Shown here in pieces: positions 63,607 to 64,000 of a stretch of 64,000 nt of DNA. The notes under the pieces were generated by a model that was not told the origin of the DNA, made no database searches, and was given only the letters and a program-made list of their open reading frames with translations. The stretch's first letter is position 1; each line of letters begins with the position of its first letter. Both the position numbers and the translations under genes were made by a program. Location: contig NW_027362771.1 in NCBI RefSeq assembly GCF_046119375.1, positions 371,132,001 to 371,196,000 on the forward strand. Reading direction: 5' to 3'. The DNA is from Phyllobates terribilis. Its lineage: Eukaryota.

Positions 63607-63665
63607 ATCTCAATTTGTAGACAGTGTTTTGGGGTGTTGCCCCTCATCAGTACAAAGTATGAGAT
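63607..63665 (-). ncRNA. Type-I minimal hammerhead ribozyme fold with core G12>A change
   Basis: Minus strand: TTTGTA CTGATGA GGGG-caaca-CCCC AAAA CAC-TG TC TACAAA; stem I 6 bp (extended by ATCTCA/TGAGAT), stem II 4 bp, minimal stem III. Confidence 0.72.
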
Positions 63666-63704
63666 CTGATTTGGCTAGGTAAGAGGCTCTCGACTGGGGT
63701 CTCT

Positions 63705-63798
63705 GGGGTAATGTTTCTCCTTGAGGAGAGTGACAAGCCAAGCATGTTAGAGTGAGGAAGCTTGGCTTGTCACTCTCCACAAGGAGAAACATTACCCC
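63705..63798. repeat. 39-bp-stem hairpin (1 mismatch, 16-nt loop)
   Basis: GGGGTAATGTTTCTCCTTGAGGAGAGTGACAAGCCAAGC … GCTTGGCTTGTCACTCTCCACAAGGAGAAACATTACCCC. Confidence 0.85.
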
Positions 63799-64000
63799 TT
63801 AGACATATCACTGTGGAATGTTATTTGAGTGAAACGACATGTGCAGCTGGCAGCATGTTGTCGAAACTCTGCTAACATCAATGGCCAATTGTAGTATGTT
63901 TTTATTTCAGAATGGTGTCACCCTCGACCTGACATGGTTGTTTTCTGTATAAAACATTACAATTTACATAAGTGTTTTTATCCTTTGCTTAGAAATATCC

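Overview
Eukaryotic (vertebrate, probably frog; inferred from the repeat types) genomic DNA made almost entirely of nested transposable elements, apparently in introns of a minus-strand host gene (one good exon at 37057-37635, gene not identified). One LINE-1 copy (<1-36384) is split twice inside ORF2 by very large hAT DNA transposons that share termini: element C (2310-19462, 8-bp TSD TTCAGTAT) and element B (20836-34459, TSD GTCAGGAT). C is a non-autonomous foldback element that contains a third hAT, element A (6597-17807, TSD ATGCCTGC), whose transposase has one nonsense codon. B has a transposase broken only by a 1-bp loss in an A-run, a ~46-copy 110-bp satellite, and apparent cargo: an 18S rRNA fragment, LTR and L1 debris, and a DD37E Tc1. 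Further right are a full-length Ty3/Gypsy element (41706-49670, tRNA-Ser PBS, -1 frameshift signal), a fourth hAT (D, 51412-58877, TSD GTGATAAC), T2/Kolobok-type MITEs, an IR/DR Tc1, an old hAT MITE, and a type-I hammerhead-ribozyme fold with a core G>A change next to a 39-bp hairpin. The most notable pattern is the large TAGTGTTGAGC/TAGAGATGAGC-ended hAT elements. They share TIRs and a CCAAT-TATA-YY1 promoter layout, but each has its own CpG subterminal motif and its own internal satellite arrays. All alignments and counts were done by eye, without searches.
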